DNA from: an uncultured Gammaproteobacteria bacterium
GTDB taxonomy: Bacteria > Patescibacteriota > Patescibacteriia > Magasanikbacterales > UBA922
DNA length: 64,000 nucleotides
Assembly: GCA_964519725.1 (NCBI GenBank)
Contig: CAZFKS010000007.1
Coordinates: forward strand, 1,221 to 65,220
Direction of reading: 5' to 3'
Both the position numbers and the translations under genes were made by a program. Of the stretch, positions 10,269 through 22,133 are shown piece by piece (the first letter of the stretch is position 1; each line of letters opens with the position of its first letter). The notes beneath the pieces were generated by a model. It was given only the letters and a program-made list of their open reading frames with translations, did not search any database and was not told the DNA's origin.

Positions 10269-11333
10269 ATGATCCAAAAATATTTAGACCTCAAACAAAA
10301 ATTTATTGATCTCGAAACTGCCTTGCAAGATCCAGGCGTAATTAGTGTTCAAGAAAAATTAAAAAAAGTTTCGGCTGAATACGCGGAAATTAAACCAATC
10401 CACGAACAAGTAATTCGTTTAGAAAAAATTGAAAGTGAGTTGGCTGCGGCTGAAGAATTAGCCAAAGGAACAGATGAAATGGCCGAGCTAGCGCGCGCTG
10501 AGGCCAGTGAATTAAGTGCGGAAAAGATCGCGCTTGAAGCCAGTTTGCAAGAACAAACCCGGCCCACTGATCCAATGGATAAAAAAGATGTAATTATTGA
10601 AATTCGCGCTGGTGCTGGCGGTGATGAAGCCGCACTGTTTGCTGGTGAACTGATGCGTTTGTACATGAAGTACGCCGAGACGCAAGGTTGGAGTACTGGT
10701 TTAATTGATGAAAGTCAAAATGAACTCGGTGGTTACAAAGAAGTAATTTTTTCCGTCAAAGGTCACAATGTGTACAAAGCCCTCAAGTATGAAATGGGTG
10801 TTCACCGCGTCCAGCGCGTGCCTGAAACAGAAAAAGCGGGACGTATTCACACTTCAACCGTGAGTGTAGCCGTGCTACCAGAAATTGAAGAGACCGAACT
10901 CGTTATTGACCCCAAAGATTTACGGATTGACACCTTTATGGCTGGCGGCAAAGGTGGTCAGAGTGTTAACACTACCTATTCAGCCATTCGCATTGTGCAC
11001 ATTCCCACTGGCACAGTGGTGCAGTGTCAGGACGAACGCTCACAACAACAAAATCGGCTCAAAGCCATGGAAGTTTTGCGCGCACGTTTGTACGAAACTC
11101 AGCAGGCTGAGCAAAAAGCCAAACTTGATGCCGCCCGCAAAAGTCAAATTGGGACTGGTGACCGCAGTGAAAAAATCCGCACCTACAACTTCCCCCAAGA
11201 CCGCATTACTGATCACCGCATTCACGAGAGTTGGAACAGCATCCCAAATATTTTAAACGGAGATTTAGAACCAATTATTACCGCCCTCCGCACTGCTGAT
11301 TACGCTGAGCGCGACGCGGCACCAATTGTCTAA
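10269..11333 (+). CDS. prfA: Peptide chain release factor 1
   Basis: GGQ motif, PxT recognition loop (RVPETE), [25 protein letters not shown]. Confidence 0.97.
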   Translation: MIQKYLDLKQKFIDLETALQDPGVISVQEKLKKVSAEYAEIKPIHEQVIRLEKIESELAAAEELAKGTDEMAELARAEASELSAEKIALEASLQEQTRPTDPMDKKDVIIEIRAGAGGDEAALFAGELMRLYMKYAETQGWSTGLIDESQNELGGYKEVIFSVKGHNVYKALKYEMGVHRVQRVPETEKAGRIHTSTVSVAVLPEIEETELVIDPKDLRIDTFMAGGKGGQSVNTTYSAIRIVHIPTGTVVQCQDERSQQQNRLKAMEVLRARLYETQQAEQKAKLDAARKSQIGTGDRSEKIRTYNFPQDRITDHRIHESWNSIPNILNGDLEPIITALRTADYAERDAAPIV

Positions 11334-11334
11334 T

Positions 11335-12138
11335 ATGGACACCCGGGACAAACAATTACTCCTGGCTCACGCGACTCACCGGTCGCGTGAATTTTTGTTA
11401 GCTCACCCAGAATTTAAACCAACTTTTTGGCAAAACTTAAAATATCAGCGGCTACTAAAGAAGCGCGCTAATGGCATTCCCCTGGCTTATCTTCTGGGCA
11501 AACAAGCATTTTTTAGTTTAGATTTTATTGTTAATAAACACACTTTAATTCCGCGCCCGGAAACTGAAATTTTAGTGGAAAAAGTTTTATCAGAATTGAA
11601 AAATAATCAGACCAAAATCTTAATTGATGTTGGCACTGGTACTGGTTGCATTCCAATTAGTATTGCGAAAAATTCGCCGGTTCCACTACACATTTTTGCC
11701 TTGGATATTTCGGCCAAAGCTTTGTCAGTCGCCAAACAAAACGCTAATAAACACAGCGTTAAAATTACTTTTTTAAAAAGTAATTTACTCGAGAATTTGC
11801 CAGCTGAAATTTGGCACGAACAAAATATTTTTATCACGGCCAATTTACCGTATTTAAGTGCTGATGAATTTAAAACTGAACCAACTATTCAAAGCGAACC
11901 AAAGATCGCCTTAGTGGCCGCAAAAAATGGTGACGGACTAATGATCAATTTACTTGAACAAATTCACGCTCAGTTGTTACCTGAGCATACTGTCCAAATT
12001 TTTCTAGAAATGAATCCACCGCAAATTCCACGCGTGCTGACAGCCGCAACTAAATTATTTGCCCTCGAATCAATTGTTATTCCTGACCTGTCTGGCCTTA
12101 ATCGCGTCCTCTGTTTGAAACTTTTAGGCAAACAATAA
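11335..12138 (+). CDS. prmC: Release factor glutamine methyltransferase
   Basis: LIPRPETE, DVGTGTGCI, ANLPY (NPPY variant); start set at ATG 11335, one base after the prfA stop. Confidence 0.92.
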   Translation: MDTRDKQLLLAHATHRSREFLLAHPEFKPTFWQNLKYQRLLKKRANGIPLAYLLGKQAFFSLDFIVNKHTLIPRPETEILVEKVLSELKNNQTKILIDVGTGTGCIPISIAKNSPVPLHIFALDISAKALSVAKQNANKHSVKITFLKSNLLENLPAEIWHEQNIFITANLPYLSADEFKTEPTIQSEPKIALVAAKNGDGLMINLLEQIHAQLLPEHTVQIFLEMNPPQIPRVLTAATKLFALESIVIPDLSGLNRVLCLKLLGKQ

Positions 12139-12499
12139 TTATCACAAAAAATAGCGCCCCGACACAGTCATTGACCAAATCCGCGACTGTGTCCGCAATA
12201 CTTGGCTGGGTAATAAACCCAGTTATTTTTTGAAAATAAAATTCATACACTTCCCAGGCAATTCCAACCACCGCCGTGGTTCCAATTACCAGCCAACCAT
12301 ACAACCAATTTGGCTTAACTGAAATTTTTTCACTTTTAAAAAAACGATGTGCACTCCAAGCTGTTACCAAACCACCGAACATGTGCATAAAAATATCAAA
12401 CCACCACCATTCGTAAAAACCTAATGGTACATTAACCAAGTTATCATAAATAAACACCACTAACATTGGCAGAGCCGCCCAGACTATCCGTTTAATCAT
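12098..12499 (-). CDS. Small integral membrane protein (DUF2238/VanZ-like)
   Basis: WFDIFMHMFGG, WEVYEF and DTVADL motifs; four hydrophobic segments. Confidence 0.7.
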   Translation of the reverse strand: MIKRIVWAALPMLVVFIYDNLVNVPLGFYEWWWFDIFMHMFGGLVTAWSAHRFFKSEKISVKPNWLYGWLVIGTTAVVGIAWEVYEFYFQKITGFITQPSIADTVADLVNDCVGALFFVIIIVCLKVSNRGRD

Positions 12500-13595
12500 A
12501 GCGTTGCAGTTTTACATTACTCAGTTTAGGCACCACTTCTACCCAGATTTTTCCAGGTTTAAATAAAATTTCATGATCGTTTTGATCATAAAAATTAGTC
12601 GGTTCATACACACCACTTTTACTCCAGTGCCCATCAAATTTTTGACCATTCATTATGACTATGGCTGGACCGCTACCGACTGTCTTCATCTCTAGTCGAC
12701 CCACATCGTCCAAAACTTTGGACGAAACCTCCATAATCGCAATTGTATCAGCAAAAATTTTCCCAGTTTCGGTTTCGTGCGGACCATCGCCCTGCCAACG
12801 CTCATACTGCAGTAAGTCCGGTTTAAATTTCCAACCAGTTACAAAATCTGGACGCAAGTACGGAATTTCAATTGCGGCCACGCAATTAGTCGCACAAATT
12901 GGAGTGGAAGTCGCAAAATCCCAACCCACAAATTTATTTTCAATTTCTGAACCAATTACTTTTTGCCAACGTTCAGTGTTAGTGTAAGTATTGTGCGGTG
13001 CTAACCGGTTCCCTGCTCGCCAAAAAGTACTGCCCATGGTCATTTCATTCGCATCCCAAACATCGCGCTGGGCAATTAATTGCAAGGCATCTGGTGAGCC
13101 GCCCACATGCATATAGAGTGGATTATCATATTCTGCCAGCCAATCCAAATAATTGGGCCGACTGCTGCGGACTGGTCCAACTTTTACCACCTCACGATTG
13201 TACGGAAAAATAGCCATAAACCGGGTGTAATTACCCTCCACCATGGCTTCATACACTACATCAGCCTCGGCTAAGCCTGCTTGTGGCCGGGCCGCAGGGT
13301 GATTTTCAATCATGATCGCGACCAAAGCCGGCGTCTTGTCAGCCGCACTAGTTACACACACCCCATTTAATTTGGCCCTAAATTCACAGTCGACCGGAGA
13401 AACTACTTGGTCAGCCTGTTTATCTTTTTGGTACAAAATTTTAGAACTACTAAACGCAACCGCAATAATTCCCACGAGTCCAACCAAAATAATAATTCCA
13501 AGTAGTCTAATTTCTTTTTTCTCACCAATAAACAAAGCTTTAATTTGTTTACCGATTGGTAATTGCACTTTGGCTTTGCGATTTGTGGATTTCAT
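12492..13595 (-). CDS. DUF3048 (YerB-like) membrane-anchored protein
   Basis: AIMIENHPAARPQAGLAEADVVYEAMVEGNYTRF, GPVRSSR, APHNTY; N-terminal TM segment. Confidence 0.85.
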   Translation of the reverse strand: MKSTNRKAKVQLPIGKQIKALFIGEKKEIRLLGIIILVGLVGIIAVAFSSSKILYQKDKQADQVVSPVDCEFRAKLNGVCVTSAADKTPALVAIMIENHPAARPQAGLAEADVVYEAMVEGNYTRFMAIFPYNREVVKVGPVRSSRPNYLDWLAEYDNPLYMHVGGSPDALQLIAQRDVWDANEMTMGSTFWRAGNRLAPHNTYTNTERWQKVIGSEIENKFVGWDFATSTPICATNCVAAIEIPYLRPDFVTGWKFKPDLLQYERWQGDGPHETETGKIFADTIAIMEVSSKVLDDVGRLEMKTVGSGPAIVIMNGQKFDGHWSKSGVYEPTNFYDQNDHEILFKPGKIWVEVVPKLSNVKLQRYD

Positions 13596-13622
13596 AAGCC
13601 TTAATTATAGCAAATTTTAAAT

Positions 13623-13650
13623 AAAAAAACTCCCCGGTTGGGGAGTTTTT
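13623..13650 (-). terminator. Terminator after rplY
   Basis: AAAAACTCCCC-ggtt-GGGGAGTTTTT. Confidence 0.8.
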
Positions 13651-13662
13651 AAATTCTTGAAA

Positions 13663-14319
13663 TTATTCAGCAGCTGGTTCAGCAGCCTCTTCTTTACCTT
13701 TCTTTTCCACTTCAATGGCTGACAAATCAGCTGGAGCAGAACTTTCTTCCATGGCTTTAAGTTCTTCTTCAGTAAGTGGCGGAGTCACAGTCACAATTAC
13801 GCGTTCTGGATCTTCATCAATCGTAATACCAGTTGGAACTTTCAAATCTTTAATGCGAATTGAGTCTTCAAAAGTTTTGAGAACAGACAAATCAACTTCA
13901 ATTCCACCGACCAAATCTTTTGGCAAACAAGTTACGTCAACCTCAGTCAAACCTTTTGACAAAGTACCAGCCAAACTCTTCACAGCGTCAGATTCACCAA
14001 TAAAGACAAGCTCAATGGTGGTTGACATTTCTTTGTTCATGTTGATTTGGCGGAAGTCAACGTGAGTCGCAGTTCCTTTCATTGGGTCAAATTGTACGTC
14101 TTGGATCAAAACTTTTACTACCGGTTCACCAGCTACAGTGAGGTCGATCAGACTTGAACCAGACTCATTGTAAACCTTGGTAAAAGCAGACAAACCAACT
14201 GAAAGAGTGGTTGTTTCTTTACGATCACCACCGTACACCACAGCTGGAACTTCACCAGCCGCGCGAACTTCAAGAGCAGTTTCACTAGCGCGTTTTTTAG
14301 CGGAAAGACTGAATGACAT
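13663..14319 (-). CDS. rplY: 50S ribosomal protein L25/Ctc (long form)
   Basis: VPAVVYG, IQDVQFDP, HVDF motifs; acidic tail. Confidence 0.92.
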   Translation of the reverse strand: MSFSLSAKKRASETALEVRAAGEVPAVVYGGDRKETTTLSVGLSAFTKVYNESGSSLIDLTVAGEPVVKVLIQDVQFDPMKGTATHVDFRQINMNKEMSTTIELVFIGESDAVKSLAGTLSKGLTEVDVTCLPKDLVGGIEVDLSVLKTFEDSIRIKDLKVPTGITIDEDPERVIVTVTPPLTEEELKAMEESSAPADLSAIEVEKKGKEEAAEPAAE

Positions 14320-14328
14320 AACAATTAT

Positions 14329-14670
14329 TTAAAGCAAATTTTGATAAAACAAATGTGATACTAGGCTGCGACTATCAGTGGTCAGTAAATGGTGGGCCGC
14401 AAACAAAGTTTTTTCGGAAACTGGCGCTGCATCTTTAAAATGTTCAGCATCAGCTCCATTCAAATCCGTTGATAAACCCAGGAACCCAATGCCATGATTA
14501 GTTTTTCCTAAAAAAACAATCGTAGCGTGGTGACATTCAGAGCACGTAGCGTGAGCCACGGTCGCGGTTTTAGTCCGCTCAATCAACTTGATTTGCTTGT
14601 TAGTAAAGGCTCTGCCGCAGAGCCGGCAGGCTTTTACTTTGTCCAGTATTTGAGTAAAGACTGGCTTCAT
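14329..14670 (-). CDS. Small zinc-ribbon hypothetical protein
   Basis: CRLC...CSEC cysteine pairs; candidate -10 TGcTATATT upstream. Confidence 0.7.
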   Translation of the reverse strand: MKPVFTQILDKVKACRLCGRAFTNKQIKLIERTKTATVAHATCSECHHATIVFLGKTNHGIGFLGLSTDLNGADAEHFKDAAPVSEKTLFAAHHLLTTDSRSLVSHLFYQNLL

Positions 14671-14705
14671 AAGTGTCAGGAATATAGCAAAACTTACTAA
14701 TTAAG

Positions 14706-15803
14706 TCAAGAGCCACGGCGTTCACGAGCCACACTTTCCGCAACCCCAATTAAGATAAAATTACTGATCAGCGAGGTTCCCCCGTAGCTAACAAAGGGTA
14801 AAGTCACCCCTGTGACCGGGAGGAGGGCCAGCGCCGCCCCAGCATTAACCGTGAGTTGAACAGAGAGTAAAATGGCAATTCCAGCGGCCGTATAGGCTCC
14901 AAAATCAGTTCTTGAATACCGGGCAATTCGGATTAACCGGCTAAAAATCACCGCATAAAGGCCCAAGGCCAGGCAGAGACCAACAAAACCAAGCTCTTCC
15001 CCCACTACCGCTAGTATAAAGTCTGTTTGCGCTTCTGGCAAAAAGTGCAGCTGGCTTTGTGACCCAGACCCTAGGCCTCGGCCAAAAAATTGCCCAGAGC
15101 CAATCGCAATAATCGACTGATTCACATTATAACCAGCCCCCAGCGGGTCACGTTCAGGGTTGGCAAAAGTCAAAATACGTTCTTTTTGGTAATCTTTAAA
15201 CAAAAATACCCAACTAAACATCAACCCAATAATTGCGGTTCCAGCCAAAATCATGATGGTTTTAGGTCTAAGTCCAGCCACCAAAATGAGTCCTAGCCAC
15301 ACTGACATCATCACGGCCGCTGACCCAAAATCAGGCTGGAGTAAAACTGGCAGGACCAATAAACCAGACATTACTGCTGTGGCCCACAAAAAATTCGTGC
15401 GCGCAAATTGCCGCCCTGCCCGCTCAATCCGCCAGGCTAAAAATAAAATCAAGGCAACTTTGGCTAATTCAACTGGCTGAAACGAAAACCCAAACCACCG
15501 GTACCAACCCCGCGTACCACGAATGGTGACTCCTAAAAACAAAACTCCAACGAGCAAAGCAACGGAAAAGAAAAATAATAATCGAGCGCCCTTTTCATAT
15601 CGATTCACATGAATATTTGCCGCCACTAACGCTACACCGATTCCCAGGAGCAAGGAAATTGCTTGGGTCGAAAAAAACTGCCGCGCTTCTCCCCGCGACA
15701 GATCAATACTATAAATTGAAGCTAGGCCAATACCTGACAAAGCCACTGCGGCAACTAAGAGTGGCCAATCAAGCTGCCTAAATAGGTCAAGCAGCCGACG
15801 CAT
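14706..15803 (-). CDS. rodA: SEDS family peptidoglycan glycosyltransferase, RodA-like
   Basis: FQPVELAK, QPDFGSA, YQKERI..F..P..DPLGAGYN..QS.IAIGSG, FLPEAQTDF, PFVSYGG motifs. Confidence 0.85.
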   Translation of the reverse strand: MRRLLDLFRQLDWPLLVAAVALSGIGLASIYSIDLSRGEARQFFSTQAISLLLGIGVALVAANIHVNRYEKGARLLFFFSVALLVGVLFLGVTIRGTRGWYRWFGFSFQPVELAKVALILFLAWRIERAGRQFARTNFLWATAVMSGLLVLPVLLQPDFGSAAVMMSVWLGLILVAGLRPKTIMILAGTAIIGLMFSWVFLFKDYQKERILTFANPERDPLGAGYNVNQSIIAIGSGQFFGRGLGSGSQSQLHFLPEAQTDFILAVVGEELGFVGLCLALGLYAVIFSRLIRIARYSRTDFGAYTAAGIAILLSVQLTVNAGAALALLPVTGVTLPFVSYGGTSLISNFILIGVAESVARERRGS

Positions 15804-15805
15804 AA

Positions 15806-16738
15806 TTATTTTTTAAATGGCAAGTACAAAGTACTGTCAAATAAGTTGAGGTTAGGGTAAACCTCGACTGCGTCTAGGTCAAGGGTCTCAACCAAAGAGT
15901 GAAGTTCAATGGAATTACTTGATTCTGGGGCAAAATTATCAACGACAAATTGTTTTACCCCCACCACCACATCACCTTTTCTCAGCACAGCCGTAAATGG
16001 CACTTGCCAATACCCAAACGCTGTTTCATTTTTCAAATTAAATTTAGTTTGACTAACACTTAAGCCCAAACTTGGATTAGCCGGCGAAAACACCACGTCT
16101 TCGGCACCAAAAGTTAACCGATCAGCCACAAACCCAGCTGGATCAGGGTAGGTGTGATTATCTAAACGATACCAATCAACTTTTTTTACATTTAACCGCG
16201 CCCCAGCCGGGGCTTCACCCTCTACCCCGCTTAAGACCAAAGCCTGGCGCCACTTTGGCCATAACCACGCGTCTTTAACCTCTGTTTCTGTTTCTCCGAT
16301 CACAAAATTATAATACACGTGCGCGACCCAGCGGTCATTTACATTATCAGCAAACGCCAAAAAATCGGTTTTTCCTGGTGAACTTGGAAACACCTGCACG
16401 GGTTCAATATTTAAAGGTGTGGCCGCGACTTCAGTTTTAGAATTTTTGACTGACACGCCCAGCCGGGTTAAATTCGCCCGCTGCGCTTCATCTAAACGAT
16501 AGCCGTAAAAAGTATATTCAATAATTTTATACAAACTAAAACTACCAAAAATCACACACACCACAATCAAAAATCCAGTGAAAATTTGGAGCAGTAAAAT
16601 TTTATGTTTAATTAACCACTCTGAAAAACGCAAATCGCGGTTAGTAAATTCACCAGTTGGGTCAGTGTACCGATCCAAGGCGTGCGGATCAGTTTGTGGC
16701 TTATCAGTTGGCAAAGGTTTGAACATAAATATGCTCAA
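15806..16738 (-). CDS. Membrane-anchored hypothetical protein
   Basis: 310-aa ORF with one N-terminal TM segment, ending 2 nt before the rodA start; true start may be the ATG a few codons in. Confidence 0.7.
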   Translation of the reverse strand: MSIFMFKPLPTDKPQTDPHALDRYTDPTGEFTNRDLRFSEWLIKHKILLLQIFTGFLIVVCVIFGSFSLYKIIEYTFYGYRLDEAQRANLTRLGVSVKNSKTEVAATPLNIEPVQVFPSSPGKTDFLAFADNVNDRWVAHVYYNFVIGETETEVKDAWLWPKWRQALVLSGVEGEAPAGARLNVKKVDWYRLDNHTYPDPAGFVADRLTFGAEDVVFSPANPSLGLSVSQTKFNLKNETAFGYWQVPFTAVLRKGDVVVGVKQFVVDNFAPESSNSIELHSLVETLDLDAVEVYPNLNLFDSTLYLPFKK

Positions 16739-16801
16739 TTATACCAAACCTCAGCTACCTTGCCCAGCCTTTGCTTTTATGATACGCTTAGTCTGTTCTA
16801 A

Positions 16802-18874
<2,073 letters not shown>

Positions 18875-18900
18875 GGCTAATTTATCCACTTTTGAGAGGG

Positions 18901-18929
18901 TTGACAAAACCCTCTCTTTTTATTATACT
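18901..18929 (+). promoter_or_regulatory. Sigma70 promoter of secE-nusG-rplK
   Basis: TTGACA-17 nt-TATACT. Confidence 0.75.
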
Positions 18930-18978
18930 GCTCCTGTAAATCGGCCCAAGGCCGTTTTTAGTTACCTGATTCTCTTTT

Positions 18979-19158
18979 ATGAAATTGGTTCAATATTTTA
19001 AAGACGCTTACGCTGAACTTCAAAAGGTCCAGTGGCTCACCAAAAAACAAACCATCAACTACACCATTGCAGTTTTTGCCATGAGTGTTGGTGTTGCCTT
19101 TTTCTTTGCCTTACTAGACCGTGGCCTGAGCATTGGTCTTGATCAACTTATCAAATAA
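18979..19158 (+). CDS. secE: Preprotein translocase subunit SecE (59 aa, below the ORF-track cutoff)
   Basis: Manual translation MKLVQYFKDAYAELQKVQWLTKKQTINYTIAVFAMSVGVAFFFALLDRGLSIGLDQLIK; EL.KV.W motif plus one TM; directly upstream of nusG. Confidence 0.92.
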   Translation: MKLVQYFKDAYAELQKVQWLTKKQTINYTIAVFAMSVGVAFFFALLDRGLSIGLDQLIK

Positions 19159-19165
19159 GCCTGTT

Positions 19166-19711
19166 ATGAGTAAGCAAACCCTCAATCTCGGCATGCGCTG
19201 GTACGTAATCCACACTTACAGTGGTTACGAAGAAAATGTTAAACAAAATTTGGAACAACGTATTGGTTCCTTTGACATGCAAGACAAAATTGCTGAGGTT
19301 TTAATTCCAAAAGAAAAGAAAATTAAAATTAAAGGCGGCAAGCGCAATGTGATTGAGGAAAAAATCTTCCCAGGTTATGTTTTGGTAAAAATGATTGTGA
19401 CTGATGACTCTTGGTACGTTGTCCGCAACACACCAAATGTAACTGGTTTTATTGGTTCTGGTACAATCCCAACCCCAATTGATGAAAAAGAAATGGTGTC
19501 ACTCATGAGTCGCATGACCGTGGACGAACCAACTCACAAAATTGATGTGGCGGTTAATGACCCAGTTAAAATTGTGGATGGTCCGTTCAAAAACTTTGAA
19601 GGTAAAGTTAATGCAGTAGATGCCTCACGCGGCAAAATTAAAGTTTTGGTTAACATGTTTGGTCGCGAAACTCCAGTTGAACTTGATGCTTTGCAAGTTA
19701 AAAAGATTTAA
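19166..19711 (+). CDS. nusG: Transcription termination/antitermination factor NusG
   Basis: WYVIHTYSGYE, FPGYVLV, VRNTPNVTGF, KOW motif DGPF, FGRETPVEL; start at ATG 19166. Confidence 0.97.
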   Translation: MSKQTLNLGMRWYVIHTYSGYEENVKQNLEQRIGSFDMQDKIAEVLIPKEKKIKIKGGKRNVIEEKIFPGYVLVKMIVTDDSWYVVRNTPNVTGFIGSGTIPTPIDEKEMVSLMSRMTVDEPTHKIDVAVNDPVKIVDGPFKNFEGKVNAVDASRGKIKVLVNMFGRETPVELDALQVKKI

Positions 19712-19793
19712 TTTCTATTTAAGGACTTCAGTGTGCTGGCTCTTGAAAAAACAGGGCGCTTCTCAGCACTGACGAGTCCTTAAACAATTATTT

Positions 19794-20219
19794 ATGGCAA
19801 AAAAATTAAACGCTCAAATTAAACTCCAAATCGTGGGCGGCGCTGCTAACCCAGCTCCACCAGTTGGTCCAGCGCTTGGTCAACACGGTGTCAACATTCA
19901 GGGTTTTTGTAAAGAATTCAATGATAAAACCCAAGACCGCAAAGGTGAAGTAGTGCCAGTAGTGATCAATGTTTACGAAGACCGCAGTTTCTCTTTCATC
20001 ATGAAAGTGGCTCCAGCCGGAGAACTGATCAAAAAAGCCATTGGTCTCAAGAGTGGTTCAAAAATGCCACACAAAGATAAGGTTGGTAAGCTTACCAAAA
20101 AGCAACTCCGCGAAATCGCTGAGAAAAAAATGCCTGACCTTAACTGCCACAGTATTGAAGCCGCGATGAACACTATCGCTGGTACTGCCCGTCAAATGGG
20201 TGTGACTGTTGAAGAATAA
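19794..20219 (+). CDS. rplK: 50S ribosomal protein L11
   Basis: [34 protein letters not shown]. Confidence 0.97.
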   Translation: MAKKLNAQIKLQIVGGAANPAPPVGPALGQHGVNIQGFCKEFNDKTQDRKGEVVPVVINVYEDRSFSFIMKVAPAGELIKKAIGLKSGSKMPHKDKVGKLTKKQLREIAEKKMPDLNCHSIEAAMNTIAGTARQMGVTVEE

Positions 20220-20231
20220 TTTTCAAAACTT

Positions 20232-20264
20232 AAACCCGCCCGATTTGATCGCGGCGGGTTTTTT
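20232..20264 (+). terminator. Terminator after rplK
   Basis: AAACCCGCC-(cgatttgatcgc)-GGCGGGTTTTTT. Confidence 0.8.
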
Positions 20265-20281
20265 GTTATAATGCGGGCCAT

Positions 20282-21301
20282 ATGAAAACCAAAAAACCAC
20301 GTTGCCAATTTTTTCTCAGCCTCTCCCCTGACCTAGTTACCATTGTAAAAAAAGGAGTAAAAAATTTACCAAATAAAATTTCCAATAAAGTTTTAAGTCT
20401 GGACCAATTAGATCCTCAAACTGAGATTCTAGGTTTATTTACTGACTCAAAAGTTACCAAAGAAGTTCTCAAAAAACTGCCAAATTTAAAAGCGATAATT
20501 ACTTTTTCCACTGGCTTTGATCACATTGATTTTACTGAAGTAAAAAAACGCGGCATTGTGGTTTGTAACGTACCAAGCTATGGTGACTACACCGTCGCTC
20601 AGCACACTTTGACTTTAATTTTGGCGTTGTCAAAAAAATTATTTGAGTCGGTCAAACGTGTCAAAGAAGGTCATTATGATTACCATGGCATGCGCGGATT
20701 TGATTTGCGCGGCAAAACAATTGGCATTATTGGGACCGGAAAAATTGGTAAAGCAGTAGTAAAAATGCTCGCTGGTTTTGAAATGAATATTCAAGCCTAT
20801 GATCCATATCCAGATAAAGAATTTGCCAAAGTCAATCATTTTAAATACGTACCACTGAACACTTTGCTCAAAACTTCAGACATTGTTTCTTTACACGTAC
20901 CACTACTTAAAAATACCAAGCATTTATTGAACAAAACTAATTTAAAAATTATTAAGCCTGGCGCCTTTGTCATCAATACTTCACGCGGTGGTTTAGTTGA
21001 TGGCGAAGCGCTGTACAATGCGCTCCAAAGCGGACGCGTGGCTGGAGCTGGCCTGGATGTTTTGGAGGACGAGGAAATTATGCGCGACCCAGTGTTACTC
21101 TTTAGTGAAAAATGTGAGGAGTGCACAATCCGCACTAGTCTGATCAATAATCTTTTGATCGATCATCCTCGGACAATCGTCACTCCGCACAATGCCTTCA
21201 ATACTACCGAAGCTATTTTGCGGATCATTAATACCTCACTAGAAAACTTGGATAACTTTGTCAAAGGTAAACCGACCAATATTGTTGCACCAAAGCCATA
21301 G
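20282..21301 (+). CDS. D-2-hydroxyacid dehydrogenase (D-lactate dehydrogenase-like)
   Basis: STGFDHID, NVPSYG, GIIGTGKIG, SLHVPL, INTSRG, DVLEDE, TPHNAFNT. Confidence 0.9.
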   Translation: MKTKKPRCQFFLSLSPDLVTIVKKGVKNLPNKISNKVLSLDQLDPQTEILGLFTDSKVTKEVLKKLPNLKAIITFSTGFDHIDFTEVKKRGIVVCNVPSYGDYTVAQHTLTLILALSKKLFESVKRVKEGHYDYHGMRGFDLRGKTIGIIGTGKIGKAVVKMLAGFEMNIQAYDPYPDKEFAKVNHFKYVPLNTLLKTSDIVSLHVPLLKNTKHLLNKTNLKIIKPGAFVINTSRGGLVDGEALYNALQSGRVAGAGLDVLEDEEIMRDPVLLFSEKCEECTIRTSLINNLLIDHPRTIVTPHNAFNTTEAILRIINTSLENLDNFVKGKPTNIVAPKP

Positions 21302-21310
21302 ATACTACTC

Positions 21311-21339
21311 TTGACAAAAACCCCTCTTTTGGCTAAACT
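21311..21339 (+). promoter_or_regulatory. Sigma70 promoter of rplA
   Basis: TTGACA-17 nt-TAAACT. Confidence 0.75.
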
Positions 21340-21353
21340 AGGCCCATTATTCA

Positions 21354-21390
21354 GGTGGGACTTCTGACCCTTCAGGAGGCTATAACCACC
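21354..21390 (+). promoter_or_regulatory. L1-binding autoregulatory leader
   Basis: GGUGGGA-[CUUCUGA cccu UCAGGAG]-gcuaua-ACCACC; matches the GUGGGA...ACCAC rRNA-mimic pattern of L1 operators. Confidence 0.7.
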
Positions 21391-21403
21391 CCATACAACC
21401 CAT

Positions 21404-22093
21404 ATGGCAAAAGGAAAACGCATGACGGCCCTCAAGGCCCTGGTCAATAAGACCAAAACCTACTCTGTCGAAGAGGCAATTGCCCTCGTCAAACAGACTA
21501 GTACCGTGAAATTCACTGCTTCAGTGGAAGTTCACGCTAAACTTGGGATTGACCCAAGTAAAAGTGACCAACAAATCCGGTCAACTGTGAGTCTCCCTCA
21601 CGGCACTGGTAAAGCCAAGAAAATTGCGGCTTTTGTTGGCCCAAACAATGAAAAAGCGGCTCAGGAAGCTGGCGCTGATTTCATTTACGGTGAAGAAGAT
21701 ATCAAAAAAATCAAAGACGGCCTACTTAAAGTTGAGTTCGACATTGCCGTGGCCACCCCAGAAATGATGCCTAAAATGGCGGTAGCCGCTAAAGTTCTTG
21801 GTCCAAAAGGTCTCATGCCTAACCCAAAAACTGACACGGTTAACCCAGATGTTAAGAAAATGGTGTCTGAACTTAAAAAAGGTAAAGCGGCTTTCAAAAA
21901 TGATGATGGCGCTAACATTCACCAGATCATTGGTAATGTTGGTTTCACTGATGACCAGCTCAAAGAAAACTTCAATGCTCTTCTCGACGCGATCAAACGC
22001 GTTAAACCAAACAGTTCAAAAGGTACTTACATCAAGTCTTTGTACTTGACCAGTGCCATGGGCCCAAGTGTTAAAGTGCAAATCGAAGCTTAA
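21404..22093 (+). CDS. rplA: 50S ribosomal protein L1
   Basis: KFTASVE, LPHGTGK, LGPKGLMPNPK, SAMGP. Confidence 0.97.
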   Translation: MAKGKRMTALKALVNKTKTYSVEEAIALVKQTSTVKFTASVEVHAKLGIDPSKSDQQIRSTVSLPHGTGKAKKIAAFVGPNNEKAAQEAGADFIYGEEDIKKIKDGLLKVEFDIAVATPEMMPKMAVAAKVLGPKGLMPNPKTDTVNPDVKKMVSELKKGKAAFKNDDGANIHQIIGNVGFTDDQLKENFNALLDAIKRVKPNSSKGTYIKSLYLTSAMGPSVKVQIEA

Positions 22094-22102
22094 TGAACAA
22101 AT

Positions 22103-22132
22103 AAAAAACTCCTCGGCAACGGGGAGTTTTTT
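22103..22132. terminator. Bidirectional terminator between rplA and the glycosyltransferase
   Basis: AAAAAACTCCTCG-gcaa-CGGGGAGTTTTTT between convergent genes. Confidence 0.85.
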
Positions 22133-22133
22133 A

